This document shows positions 13,943-24,997 of a DNA stretch of 64,000 bases, piece after piece (position 1 is the first letter of the stretch; every line of letters begins with the position of its first letter). This DNA comes from Nemertoderma westbladi. Taxonomy: Eukaryota > Animalia > Xenacoelomorpha. The notes beneath the pieces are model-generated. The model ran no database searches, was not told where the DNA came from, and saw nothing but the letters and a program-made list of their open reading frames with translations. The DNA is taken from assembly GCA_032718475.1 (NCBI GenBank), contig JAUCBJ010001802.1, positions 67,433 through 131,432 on the forward strand. Direction: 5' to 3'. The translations under genes and the position numbers were made by a program.

Positions 13943-13953
13943 GTAACAGTTAT
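13943..13953 (+). promoter_or_regulatory. Non-tRNA primer-binding site of element A, complementary to its own LTR
   Basis: GTAACAGTTAT is the exact reverse complement of ATAACTGTTAC at 11983-11993 (and 23359-23369). Confidence 0.75.
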
Positions 13954-14292
13954 TAATTCTGATTGCAGTGTAGGCAATAAATACAGTTTACTATTGTTCT
14001 GGTAAGAACAATAACAGTTATTGCTTCTTTATTGCCGTAAGCAATAAAGCTGAAGTACCGGTCGACCGGTAACCTGTAGGCCTAACTACCTAACCACCGG
14101 AACCGGTACTTACAGCAGTATACTGGTATAGGTACATCAGTATTATTTCGATTGTGATATATTGTATATTGTAGGCTGTTAGGGGATTAGGGATTGATCA
14201 CCCCTTATTCCTTTGCATGGTTTACTTATTTCTGTCAGTTTTATTTACTAGTAGGCTAATATTGAGCAGAAGACGTGTAAGCCTGCTCAGAT

Positions 14293-14866
14293 CGTACAGA
14301 TAATTTGTAGGCTGGGCTGTTGTCTGACTGTTGATAGGTCTGAACGGATTGCAGTGCATGTAGAGTGTATGTCCGATAAAGTGCCGGTTAGGAACGTAGG
14401 GGCAGCTAGAGCTGTAAGGTAACCCCCCCCCCCCCCCCCCCGAAAGAATAAGTCGTACTACTAGGTTAGAACGCATACTAACTAACCATTTCGGAGTCTG
14501 CATGTCCTGTAGTTTATTTAGGCTTGATAGTAGTCTGCCAGCGTTTGGTCTGTACTTTGTTTGTGTAGTCTGTACAGGTACCGTAATATTTCTTATTCAG
14601 ATAATTTATAGGCTAGATTGTTGTCTGGCTGTTGTTAGGTCTGAAGAGATTGTGGTGTGTGTAGAGTGTATGTCCGATAAAGTGCCGGTTAGGAAAGTAG
14701 GGGCATCTAGAGCTGTAAGGTAAATCCCCCCCCGAAAGAATAAGTCGTACTACTCGGTTAGAACGCATACTAACTAACCATTTCGGAGTCTGCACATACT
14801 GTAGTTTATTTAGGCTTGATAGTAGTCTGCCAGCGTTTGGTTTGTATTTTGTTTGAGTAGTTTGTA
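14293..14866 (+). ncRNA. Two tandem ~290-nt rod-like structured RNA domains in the leader of element A
   Basis: Arms pair over ~65 bp with many G-U pairs; compensatory changes versus the element B copies. Confidence 0.65.
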
Positions 14867-16223
14867 CGGGTAGCGTAATATTTATTATTCAGAGTTTATG
14901 CGATTATTCGCAACATTCATAACCCCAAGTTTATTCCCACAGTAATTGTGCTTGTTATACATACCGTTATAGTTAAATTAACCCCGGTACTACATAAGGG
15001 CTGCTTGGCGTAGGTAAAGACTGGTGATTTTGTGCCCCGGTCACTCCAGCAGATGCCGTGGTTCCTTTAGCTGTACAAGTATTTCTAACTGCTAGTTATT
15101 TGTTGTACAAGTACTTGTACCTAATTTAGGGTTTAGTGTACAGTGCTTTCCGAAGGTAATTAGTGTGTAGGCAGTATATTTGTGTTGTAAAGTGGTTAAT
15201 AGGCATGTTGGCTCTGGTAGGCCGCGGTAATTAACTTCCAGGTAGGGACACTCCGTGATACATAACGTAGTACTTATAGCGATACGGCTATAAGTCGTCA
15301 GACGGTGGTATTTTTCCTATCTGGACAACGCAATATATTTACTACTGGTTTATTATTTTCAAATACCGTAATATCCTGTCTGTTGTAATAACCAGATTTT
15401 CTAACCCTTTGTTAGGCTGTTTTGTAGATTCCCTGTAAAATTACCCTAAAAATTCATATTTGTAATTTTTGTGTTTATTTAGAGATGGTAATCTCACCCC
15501 GAATTGTACGTAATTTGTAGTATTAAGTAACTTAGGTAAATTAGAATTATTTGTTTTAGTGTCCAACAAGTAGCACTTCACTGAGAGCGCACAGCTTCTG
15601 TGTAGTGACTCCTCCCCAGAAATAATAACATTTATTTCAAATATTGACAAAACCCATTAAAACGGGTATATATATTATAAATCAACTCAAACGATTTATA
15701 AATAGTAGGCCTGCCATACAACAACTAGGTCTCAATATCAGTTGGACTACTGCTCAAATAACGGTAATAAAGTAAGTTAAAGTAACCAAGTAACCCCTAA
15801 AATTCAGAAATACAATTATTCTAAAATAATTGACATACCGGTATTTACAATAGGCTTATTATATTTATTTCTATAAATTTAGGCTGCAATTATACCGGTA
15901 TTCTGTAATTAATTCTAGTTCATAATTATACTTATATATACTATAAGTGTAAGCTGTATACCGGTATTCACGATAGGCCTATTATATATTTATATATATT
16001 TGTGCTAAAATTATATACCGGTATTCTGTGACAAACATAGTCTGTAATAATACTTATATATATATATACTATAAGTATACCGGTATTCTGATACATTGTA
16101 TATATATCACGTTACACTGAGTAACGGTATCGGTAATTAATTACTAGGCTAACAGTTGATACTGAATTACTAGACTTTCTTTAACTGTAATATAGCAGTA
16201 GGCATTCAACTGTACAATCAAAT

Positions 16224-18559
16224 ATGTCTGGCACAAAACGGGCACTGTCAGATAGTCTTTTGGAAGGTGTTAGAATGAGTCTTCGACTTGGACAGCGTCT
16301 TGAAAGGATGGAAGACAGAAAAGCAGCAGCAGTGGCAGCGGCAGAAGCGGAAAGAAAAGCGGCAGAGGCGGTGGCAGAAGCAGAACGGAAGGCGTCTGAA
16401 GCGACTGCCCAACTAGAGCTGGAGAGCCTTCGGGCGAGACAGGGATTTGCCTCCTCCGATGAAGGTGATATAAGAGATCCCGAAAGTAGAGGTAATAAAT
16501 CTCGTTCAAGCAGGCGTAGAAGAATGCCACACTGTCCGAAGTTACCTAATTTGCCTCCTGCGGTGAGACTAGCTAGCACAGACTTAGGTAGTACAGAACC
16601 CACAGACCAAATTATTACAGTAGAAAGACTCCCTACTATAGTAGATGAGCCTGAAATAATTAGGCCTGTTCTCGAAGCCACCCCTTCGGTGATAGAGACA
16701 CCTGTACTCCCAGGACCTACCTCTAAATTCCCTTTGCACAGCACAAAACTACCTGTGCCCAGTAGGACTGTTCCCGAGTCCGAACCCATCCTGGACGCCG
16801 AGCGAGATATCAAGAATTTATCGCCCGTCGTCTCTCGCTTGCCCGCTACTACGTTGGCGACTCCCGCTTCGGCGGTCGAGTGGGTAGCTGAGGGACGACG
16901 GGAGATGGGTCTCCTGCTCGGGCAGCTGAGGGAACATTGTAAATGTTCCTCCCAGCAGGTCCGGGAGTTGGAAGGGACTGTTCAGCAGTTAAAGGGAGCA
17001 GTAAGAGAGGGTAGGTTAGCATTGCAAGAAGTGCAGCAGAATATCGCGTCAGAATGCGATAAGTTAGTAAATTTACAAAAGGGTATACCACCACCCTCTG
17101 TAACAATGTGTCAACCTGTTAGGTCTGAAGTATTTCATGCGCAAGGTGTGGAGCCTACACGCATATATACTGCTAGTGAAGTAGAAACTCCTATAGTAAA
17201 CCCTATTAAGGGTAATTATAAACCTGTTGACAGTGATATTCCATATAGACTTGATAATAATCCGAGAAATTTATATACCGATAACTCGATATTAAATAAT
17301 ACGATGGCCCAAGAAAGTTTTACGCGTCAAATGGCTAGAACCGAAGCCCGTCAAGCGGTAAAGATGGGAGAGATCGTCAAGTTCAATGGAGATGAGATGA
17401 AATGGTTACCTTTTAATGAATATTACAAAGATAACATACAGAACTCTGTGTTATCTAACGGAGAAAAGCTTAGATTCCTCATCGAGTGCTTGGAAGGATC
17501 TCCCAAGTTAATGGCGTTAAAGTTTATTGGACATCCAGATGGATTAAGACAAGTTTGGGATACATTAAACATCAGGTATGGTAATAGGAATAACATAGCT
17601 AGGTATTTGTATGCAAAATTAATGGCGCCCCGAAAGTTTCTTAGCAGCGGGATAATAGAGTTTTCCGATGAGATTCAAGAGATCTGTAGACAATTAGATT
17701 GGTTAGGTAAGTCTCGTGAATACCAGAATTCTATGGTTGTAGGAGCCTTAGCATCAACTCTGCCAAAGGGTGGAGTAGGTACACGCTGGGACAAGAAAGT
17801 GTTATATATGATGGAACAACAACGACGAGACCCTACCATGGCTGATCTCATGTCATTCTTGGATGGAGAGGTAAAATTACAGCTCCTAAAGCAGTCCCGA
17901 GAGAAGACCCTGGAGAACAAGGTGAGTGAAAAACCCGTTTCTAGGAGAAAAATAATACCAGTGTGTTATACCGACGAGGGCGAAAGCCAGGCTTCTCAAG
18001 AAGAAGACAGCGGGAAAGACACTGAAAGATCTTACTATGACAATAAAACCCTAAAGGACGTAAGTAAATTCAAGTCTCGAACCAATGACAGGAGAGAACA
18101 GGTAAGAAAAACTCCTCCTACGTCTCCTAAGAGAATTAATGTAAGAAATCCCGAGGAAAGAACGAGCGTGCACCACACAGCACATGTTAAAGTAAGTAAC
18201 ATCAAGCCCAAATGTGTGTTGTGCGACGGGCCCACCGTTTAAATGTGTGTAATGAATTCCTAAAGAAATCATTAAAGGATAAACGTGAAGTCATGTGGGA
18301 TAAGCGGTTGTGTTATAATTGTCTCAGACGAGGACACCAACGGCGAACCTGTTACTCCGACGCAAGGTGTGCGAAGTGCGGCGCGAAACATCATATTTTG
18401 TTGCACACCGAATTCGAAAGAAACAGCCCGAGTCAGGTAAGTGAGTCCGAACTACATGTCCAATTCAGTGATGTGAACGACACTGACCAAAGTTCTGAGA
18501 TGGAAGGATTCTATACTATACGGACGAATTCTCAGACGAAAACGAATCCTGTTACTTAA
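16224..18559 (+). pseudogene. Bel/Pao gag of element A (frameshift near 18230)
   Basis: Coiled-coil N-terminus; KFNGDEMKWLPF..LSNGEKLRFLIECLEG (DUF1759-like); CVLCDG-AHRLNVC, CYNCLRRGHQRRTC, CAKCGAKHHILLH knuckles. Confidence 0.9.
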
Positions 18560-18570
18560 TAAATACCGCA

Positions 18571-19648
18571 GTGTATCGAGCACTTACGTATGAGAAGGAA
18601 ACCGACAGTGAGCTCCCCCTAACTACTTCTGATCGACAACCATCTTGGAAAGCGCCAACTTCCAATGTAGGAATCCGAGAATTTCCTGTAGTACAGTTAA
18701 GGGTCCACGGACCTAAAAGGAGTTATATAGTGAACGCCCTCCTTGACTCCGGTAGCACAGGAACATTCATCGACAAAGAACTAGCCGAAGACATCTTTGC
18801 TGGACAACCCAAGTTCCGAACTAAGCTAAACATGTCAGGAATTATGCAGGTTTGGAAATCTACCGTAATAGCGGATTATTATGTAGGCGCGTTGTCCACC
18901 CCCCAGGATGAACTAGGAGAACACAGCATAAGGTCAGTAAAAATGGTAAAAATGGTAGCACTTGGCTACCAGCCAAGTGGAACCTTATAACTGGGATGAG
19001 GACGATTTCACCCAGCAGCTTGAAATACCTAGATTCAACACCGATTACCCTGGAGTCCAAATACTAATCGGTCAAAATGCGCATGAAGCGCTCGAGACAT
19101 TGGAGAAACGGCCTGCTCAACCGCAACCACTACAAGCCTATGCGGGAAGAACTAGAGTGGGTTGGTACTTTACTGGCCCTTCCCGTAGAACTCTCATGGA
19201 AAGATTACCGAAAGATCAGGTATATCAAGTAAGAGAATGGGAAGATGAGAGCAGTGAGTTAGACGATCCAACTAAGGGAAGACCATACTCCTCAGATAAT
19301 GACGACATCAACTCCAATGTAGATCAATGGAGACATTGCCCCGAGACGATTAATCTAGCCGACATTGCCTCCAGTGGAGCAACTCCTCAAGAACTGACAG
19401 ATACTCCAGACTGGTTAGGTGAACCCGACTTCCTAAGTAAAGAAGATGAATGGCCTCCCCACCTTAACCCGGCTGAGATTAGACAGGCCAAGGGAGCAGA
19501 GAAAGTAACACAACCACTCAATCGCCCAGCTGGTCGTTTATGTTTACTGGAAAGAGACCGAAAACTGTCCGGAAACTATGGAAGGCAAGATACTCTTCCC
19601 ACGATCACCTCCCTAATCCAACAAATATCTAGGGACTCCATAACGTAA
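18571..19648 (+). pseudogene. Pao aspartic protease plus fused remnants of the pol C-terminus
   Basis: VNALLDSGSTGTFI; ILIGQN..RTRVGWYFTGP; QWRHCPETINLADIASSG..WLGEPDFL (end of RNase H region); RPAGRLCLLE (integrase tail); no RT or DDE core between them. Confidence 0.85.
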
Positions 19649-21305
19649 CAACATACGGAGTGGGTGTGTGACTATATTATTTTATATTTATTTTATTATT
19701 TTATATTATGTATGTATTATTATGTAATTTTATTATAATCGTTTTCTTTAATTTTATTTAGTCAAATGTTATTTAGCGATTATTTAGTAGATTAGTGCAA
19801 TATATTAGTGTTTATTACTTAATTACTTATATATTATATTTAGTGCGACGGCGAGAAATAATTCTTTTTCTCTTTCCTTACTGTCCGTATCATATTATAA
19901 ATACAATATTATTTTTTATTATTATATATACAATATAAATAAATATAAAATTATGTAAGATGAAATATCCGTACTTATTAAAGTACAATAAAGCTCCTAC
20001 TATATTCAAGTATTATTGGTAGGCAGAGTATTAGGAATGCAAAGTTCAGATCCTCGTGTCTCGGCTAAACCAAGCTCTGGGTAGACCTTGGAAACGACTT
20101 GCCTCTTCTCACTGACATTGCTTCGTGCGATATTGCTCTCATACCGTATATTGAATAATACATATAGTAGCGTGATGTCCCTTTAACAGTAGCGTAAAAC
20201 GCAAAATAAATCTGTTAAACCCTTTGACCATCTGCAATTCTAGTCGATTAAGATATCGCGGCACCCACCGATATACTTGAAAGACAAAATTCTAGAATCA
20301 GTGGTTAACGTCCCCAGACAAGTTCTGGAATAAACTGGTGCCCATCCTAAATATTAATTATTAATATTTACAAAATCTGTCAAATTTCAGATCCTTTAAA
20401 ATTCTAGTCGATTAAGATATCGTAGCACTTACCGATACTCTTAAAAGGACAAATCCCTAGAATCAAGGATCCCAGTCCCCAGACTTGTTCTGGAATAAAA
20501 TTGTGTCTATTTAATATTAAATAATAAAATTACGGGAATAAATTTAAATTCATCTTTTAATGAATTTGATAAATTGTTATTTTATACAATTTATAATATT
20601 CCCAAAATTCCATTAATTAATAGATCATGGGAGCGGAGATTCACCTATTAAGTGTATTAGTGTGCGAGAATCTCCAATATAGAGTCAATAGCCGATAAAA
20701 TTCATAAAATCATATATAAAGATGATATTGACCATTAAAGACTTACTATTAAATAGCATCCCAGATCTGTATGCATGGGAATTACCCTAATTCTACCGCT
20801 AGCTTTCCATAATGTCACCATAGCAACAACCACGCTAGAATTAGAAGCGAGTTAACAGAACAATAAAAAGCTTGCTCATTGAATAGCATACGGAATAAAT
20901 AACACACCGCTAGTATCCAAGGATACATAATAACAACGTGACATTCTGGAAGGCACTTGACTAACGGACAAATGACCCGAATGTGTGATAGAATGTGTAC
21001 CATTTGTGACAGTTACGTGGAATTTGTGCGTTTGTAGATGAATGTTACTACTAAGGTGTGTTTACAGTAGCGAGTCGCAATTGTGAAAGTAGCCCTAACT
21101 CTCCAGTAAGAACCTGAAGTATATCTAAGCCTTTGGGACGGACGGTGGAGTGACTCGTGCTGGTTGTTGTAGTCGTTGTGCAGCTACGACGTTGGCGATA
21201 GGCACATCGGCGAAAGTACACCAGCGCTGAGGATCTCGCACTGTCCGGGGGCAGAGAGGGGTAGGCAGCGACGCCCGCTCGCCTAAATATAAACTCATTA
21301 TAATA

Positions 21306-22850
21306 TGGATAAACTTATATAGCAGATATGATTGAGTTGATAGAAGATGATCTTGGTATCAGGGAGCGATATACTCTACCTTTACAAGCGTTTGTTGATA
21401 GCTTGATACGCGGCGACGCTGGTCCAACTACTACGGAGGACGATGGTCGTTATATCGAACCGCCAATGTCCCAGGAACAACTTACGCGTGAATTGGACTA
21501 TAGAAAATTCACCGCTCGCTATACGCATCGTAATGGTACGTATATGGACTTCTTAACTACTGGTCATCCTATCGACCTACACGATACGAACGATATAGAC
21601 ACCGAAAGGGAAATGGTTTTATTTAAATATCATACCCAGCGGAAGCGGAACGATAAACTGAGATTCGAACACGAAAATTCTATTCGAAACCGACTCGAAA
21701 GTGAAGATGTTGAAGAGCCGGATAAACGCAGCGACTTCAACAGAATATCTGGAATTCTTGAGAGAAACATATCTCAATATTACCAGTCAACAGAATCTAG
21801 AAACTCGATATCTTCAAGGTATACATCATGACCGCATGGTAGAACTCAAACGGCTCTATTCCACTATGATGTATCTTACCGCTGATCGACCGCTACCTGT
21901 TGCACCGGATAGCTTCGAACAGATGGAGGAATATTGTAAACTGGAGAAAGATCACTCGCGTTTCCCCTACAAGACGTGCGTCTTTGGTATTATTGCGATG
22001 AATGCCCTAGACCCAACCAACAAACGGAAAGACCTAAACATCCGCGGAGACGTTGCATTAAACACGGTTTTACTCGCTATATTTACGGGAGTTTCGAGCG
22101 AAACTTGTTCGATGTATCACCTACGCTCGCTCGATTCAAACGATCCTTAAATAAACCTATGATCCGAGTTCCGGAATACTCGATCAGACCTCCTCACTCC
22201 CTAGTGAGAACCCAGACTCTTGATCCTAATAGTATCATGGATCCTCCCGAGCTGTACTCACTGTTCAAAGATCTAGTGCTACCCGAACAGTTAGTCGGTG
22301 GCACTCTGATTGTGGGCTCCCTAAATATTCGCCCATCTTACCTAGTCGGATTGGGACGCGGACATCTAATATCGTCATTCAACCGTATCATCGTCCCTGT
22401 TTAACCCGATACAACCTGTCACTGAGGCGGAGGAGAGAGTTGTACGAGACGCGTTGGACACTATTCGTCAAAAGATCGGAAAATGAACCTACAATTGTTT
22501 AGAGAAACGTAAATTGCGGCAGCAAGTCCAAGCGGTAAACGAATTAACTTTATCTCAGTTCGATCAAGAAATCCAGAATCTCTAAGAAGATATCGAACTT
22601 GGACGACCCTATTCTCTGCGAGAGTTTTTGGATGAACGTATCCAGCTACGAGCGGAGGAAAATCAGCTCGAGGAGAACATATCGAAACGGCGGATACCCC
22701 GACCATAATCCTACACCTTCTGATGCAATCATATTGCACCCTTCACCCAGGAGTTATAGCCCTCCTAGTAAAGTGGCTCCCCCCAAAGAGAAAAGGACTC
22801 TTGCTAGCTTTAAAAAACTGCGTAAACGCCGTCCACGCAAGAAAGACTAA
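21306..22850 (+). pseudogene. Decayed ~500-aa accessory ORF of unknown function inside element A
   Basis: Overlapping + ORFs 21328-21831, 21701-22150, 21976-22404, then a coiled-coil-like frame with two stops and a basic C-terminus (KKLRKRRPRKKD). Confidence 0.55.
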
Positions 22851-22928
22851 CTGTTTAGAGTATTTTTATATTTTAGAAACTGTGATTTTTTATATTTTAT
22901 AGAATTAAATCCCATTTTCTGGGAGCGG

Positions 22929-24093
22929 TGTAAAAGCTTTTGTGGGATATAACTGGCCCTTTTGCTTCGCAATCCAGTTTCCCTCAATGCGCTCAAATAC
23001 TCTAAAGAAAAACTCCCTAACTCAAATGATGCAAGCTACCGGCTGATTGGCTGATTTGCTGTACGTATGGCCTCTTTGTTCTGTTCGATCAACCAACCAG
23101 AGCAAGGTCAACCAAGCAGAGTGATTCATCCTGTGTGTTGGCTAAGGGCTGCAAAAATCCGAATAGTTCGGCATTTAGACATTCGTGGAATCTGTGGAAT
23201 ATGGAACTCTGCCAATGAGAGCTTTTCCTCTTTGTGTTGAAAGCTACCTGCAACAGCTCACAGGGTTCAGTGTGTTGGTTTTCCTGATGCCATGAACATC
23301 GGCTATGGAATTATTCTGTTTTATTCCAACATTAGAACGGCTTTAATTATAAGAACACATAACTGTTACCGGCACGGTACGGTACGGTACGGTACCTACT
23401 GCTGTATGGCACATTATTTACTGCTATTTACTGTTTGTTATTAATTGTATCAGTTGTTTACATATTGTTATTTGGAGAATAACGATAAACGATCAGAAAC
23501 CCCGATCTTCTTGATACACTAAGGTTAGAGAGACCGGTTACATATAGCAATTGCGACTTATATTATCGTGGTTTGTAGTGAATTGAATGCTATTTTATAG
23601 GCCCTACAAATGTCGGTTGCTATTCTCTTTATATATGATTAAAATCAGTGACTATCGGCAATTCAGTGTGCAGCGGTGTGCAATAGTCTGTATGTGCTTG
23701 TCCGCGTAACAAAGCATCTCCTAAAGAATGCGCCTTATGTGTAACTTATAATCCATTCCGTTGTGTTTAGTGTAAGCCATAGCTCTGTTTATGTAGATAG
23801 AGCGCCACGTCCTAAAGGAACTGCTAATATTTCCCGAAAGTGAATGATATTTGTCAGGAATTATATTAACGATCAATCGAATAGTACGGTAGGCCTGCAC
23901 CGCAATCAAATTAAAGCATCCGAATCCAGTCTCCCGGGTATATCCAGCGGGTGAATGGTCGCGCATAGACTGGCTTCGGCTAATGTTGGATTTATTTGTG
24001 TCAAATACTTGTCATAGGCTAAAGTCGATTTATAACCTAGAAGACATATAGATTTGGCGGGTTAAACTGCCAAAGGTCTTAAAGGCGCGAACA
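22929..24093 (+). repeat. 3' LTR of element A (1165 bp)
   Basis: TGTAAAAGC..GCGCGAACA followed by TSD AACAG. Confidence 0.95.
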
Positions 24094-24166
24094 AACAGTA
24101 TCGCCACTGTATGGCCTTTCTCCATTATTGCCATCACAACTCTACCACGCGGCAATATTGCCAATC

Positions 24167-24997
24167 GGTGTTCGGACACTTCCCCCCCCGAACACTTCCC
24201 CCCCGGACACTTCCCCCGGACACTTCCCCCCCCAGACACTTCCCCCCCGGACACTTCCCCCCCGAGCGTCGACCTGTATTATGTGTTCAGCATTACATAT
24301 TGATATACATATTGCTATACATACTATAGAGATATTATACACACTACATATTAAATTTCCTGGTTACTTGCAATATTTTTAATAGGATTTTATTGAATTA
24401 TATAATATTAGTAATTTATATATTAATTTGGTTAACATTCAATACAGCTCCTACTTTAGGCTTAGTCAATTTATTATCTGATGATACAAACATAATTGAT
24501 TATTTCAAAACGGTCTCAAAGTCTTTCACCACGGGCACACAGGGAATGCCGGGGTTTGGGGGCGGTAGCCCCCAAGAAAAGAAGCGGGGGTTTGGAGGCG
24601 GCAGCCCCCATGAAAAGAAGCGGGGGTTTGGGGGCGGCAGCCCCCAAGAAAAGAACCAGGTGTTTGGGGGCGGCAGCCCCCAACAAAAGGAGCGGGGGTT
24701 TGGGGGCGGCAACCCCCAATTAAAAGAAAAACAAACAATATTTGACTATAAAAATGTTTCTTTTATAATTTTGAAAAAACTTGTCTAGGTGCAACTTGTC
24801 CTGTAACCATCTTTAACTTTTGTTTATTGCTTTGATGCACCCAGATTAATTTTAACACTTTAATTGGGGGGGAAGTGTCAGGGGGGCAAGTGTCCGGAGG
24901 GAAGTGTCCGGGGGGGAAGTGTTCTACTTGGGCGGGGGGGGGGGGGAGTGTCCGGGGGGGGAACTGTCCGGGGGGGGGGGGGGAGTGTTCTAGATCC
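24167..24997. mobile_element. Mutator-like MITE with subterminal GGACACTTCCCCCC repeats
   Basis: 9-bp TSD TTGCCAATC on both sides; inverted subterminal arrays; internal 36-bp GGGGTTTGGGGGCGGCAGCCCC repeat x5. Confidence 0.8.

Larger units (their letters stand above)
11556..24093 (+). mobile_element. Bel/Pao LTR retrotransposon, element A (non-autonomous, pol largely deleted, extra 3' ORF)
   Basis: TG..CA LTRs 11556-13942 and 22929-24093; 5-bp TSD AACAG; purine tract GGGAGCGG before 3' LTR; Pao-type gag with triple Cys-His knuckles and DSGS protease. Confidence 0.95.

Noticed and set aside
15245-15305. Minus-strand hammerhead (CTGACGA plus stem)
   Set aside because: No GAAA after stem II in either A or B; G-U pattern favours a plus-strand fold
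24393-24788. Secreted-looking GFGGGSP repeat peptide (neuropeptide-like)
   Set aside because: Lies within a MITE bounded by a 9-bp TSD; arises from a 36-bp DNA repeat and has no ATG start
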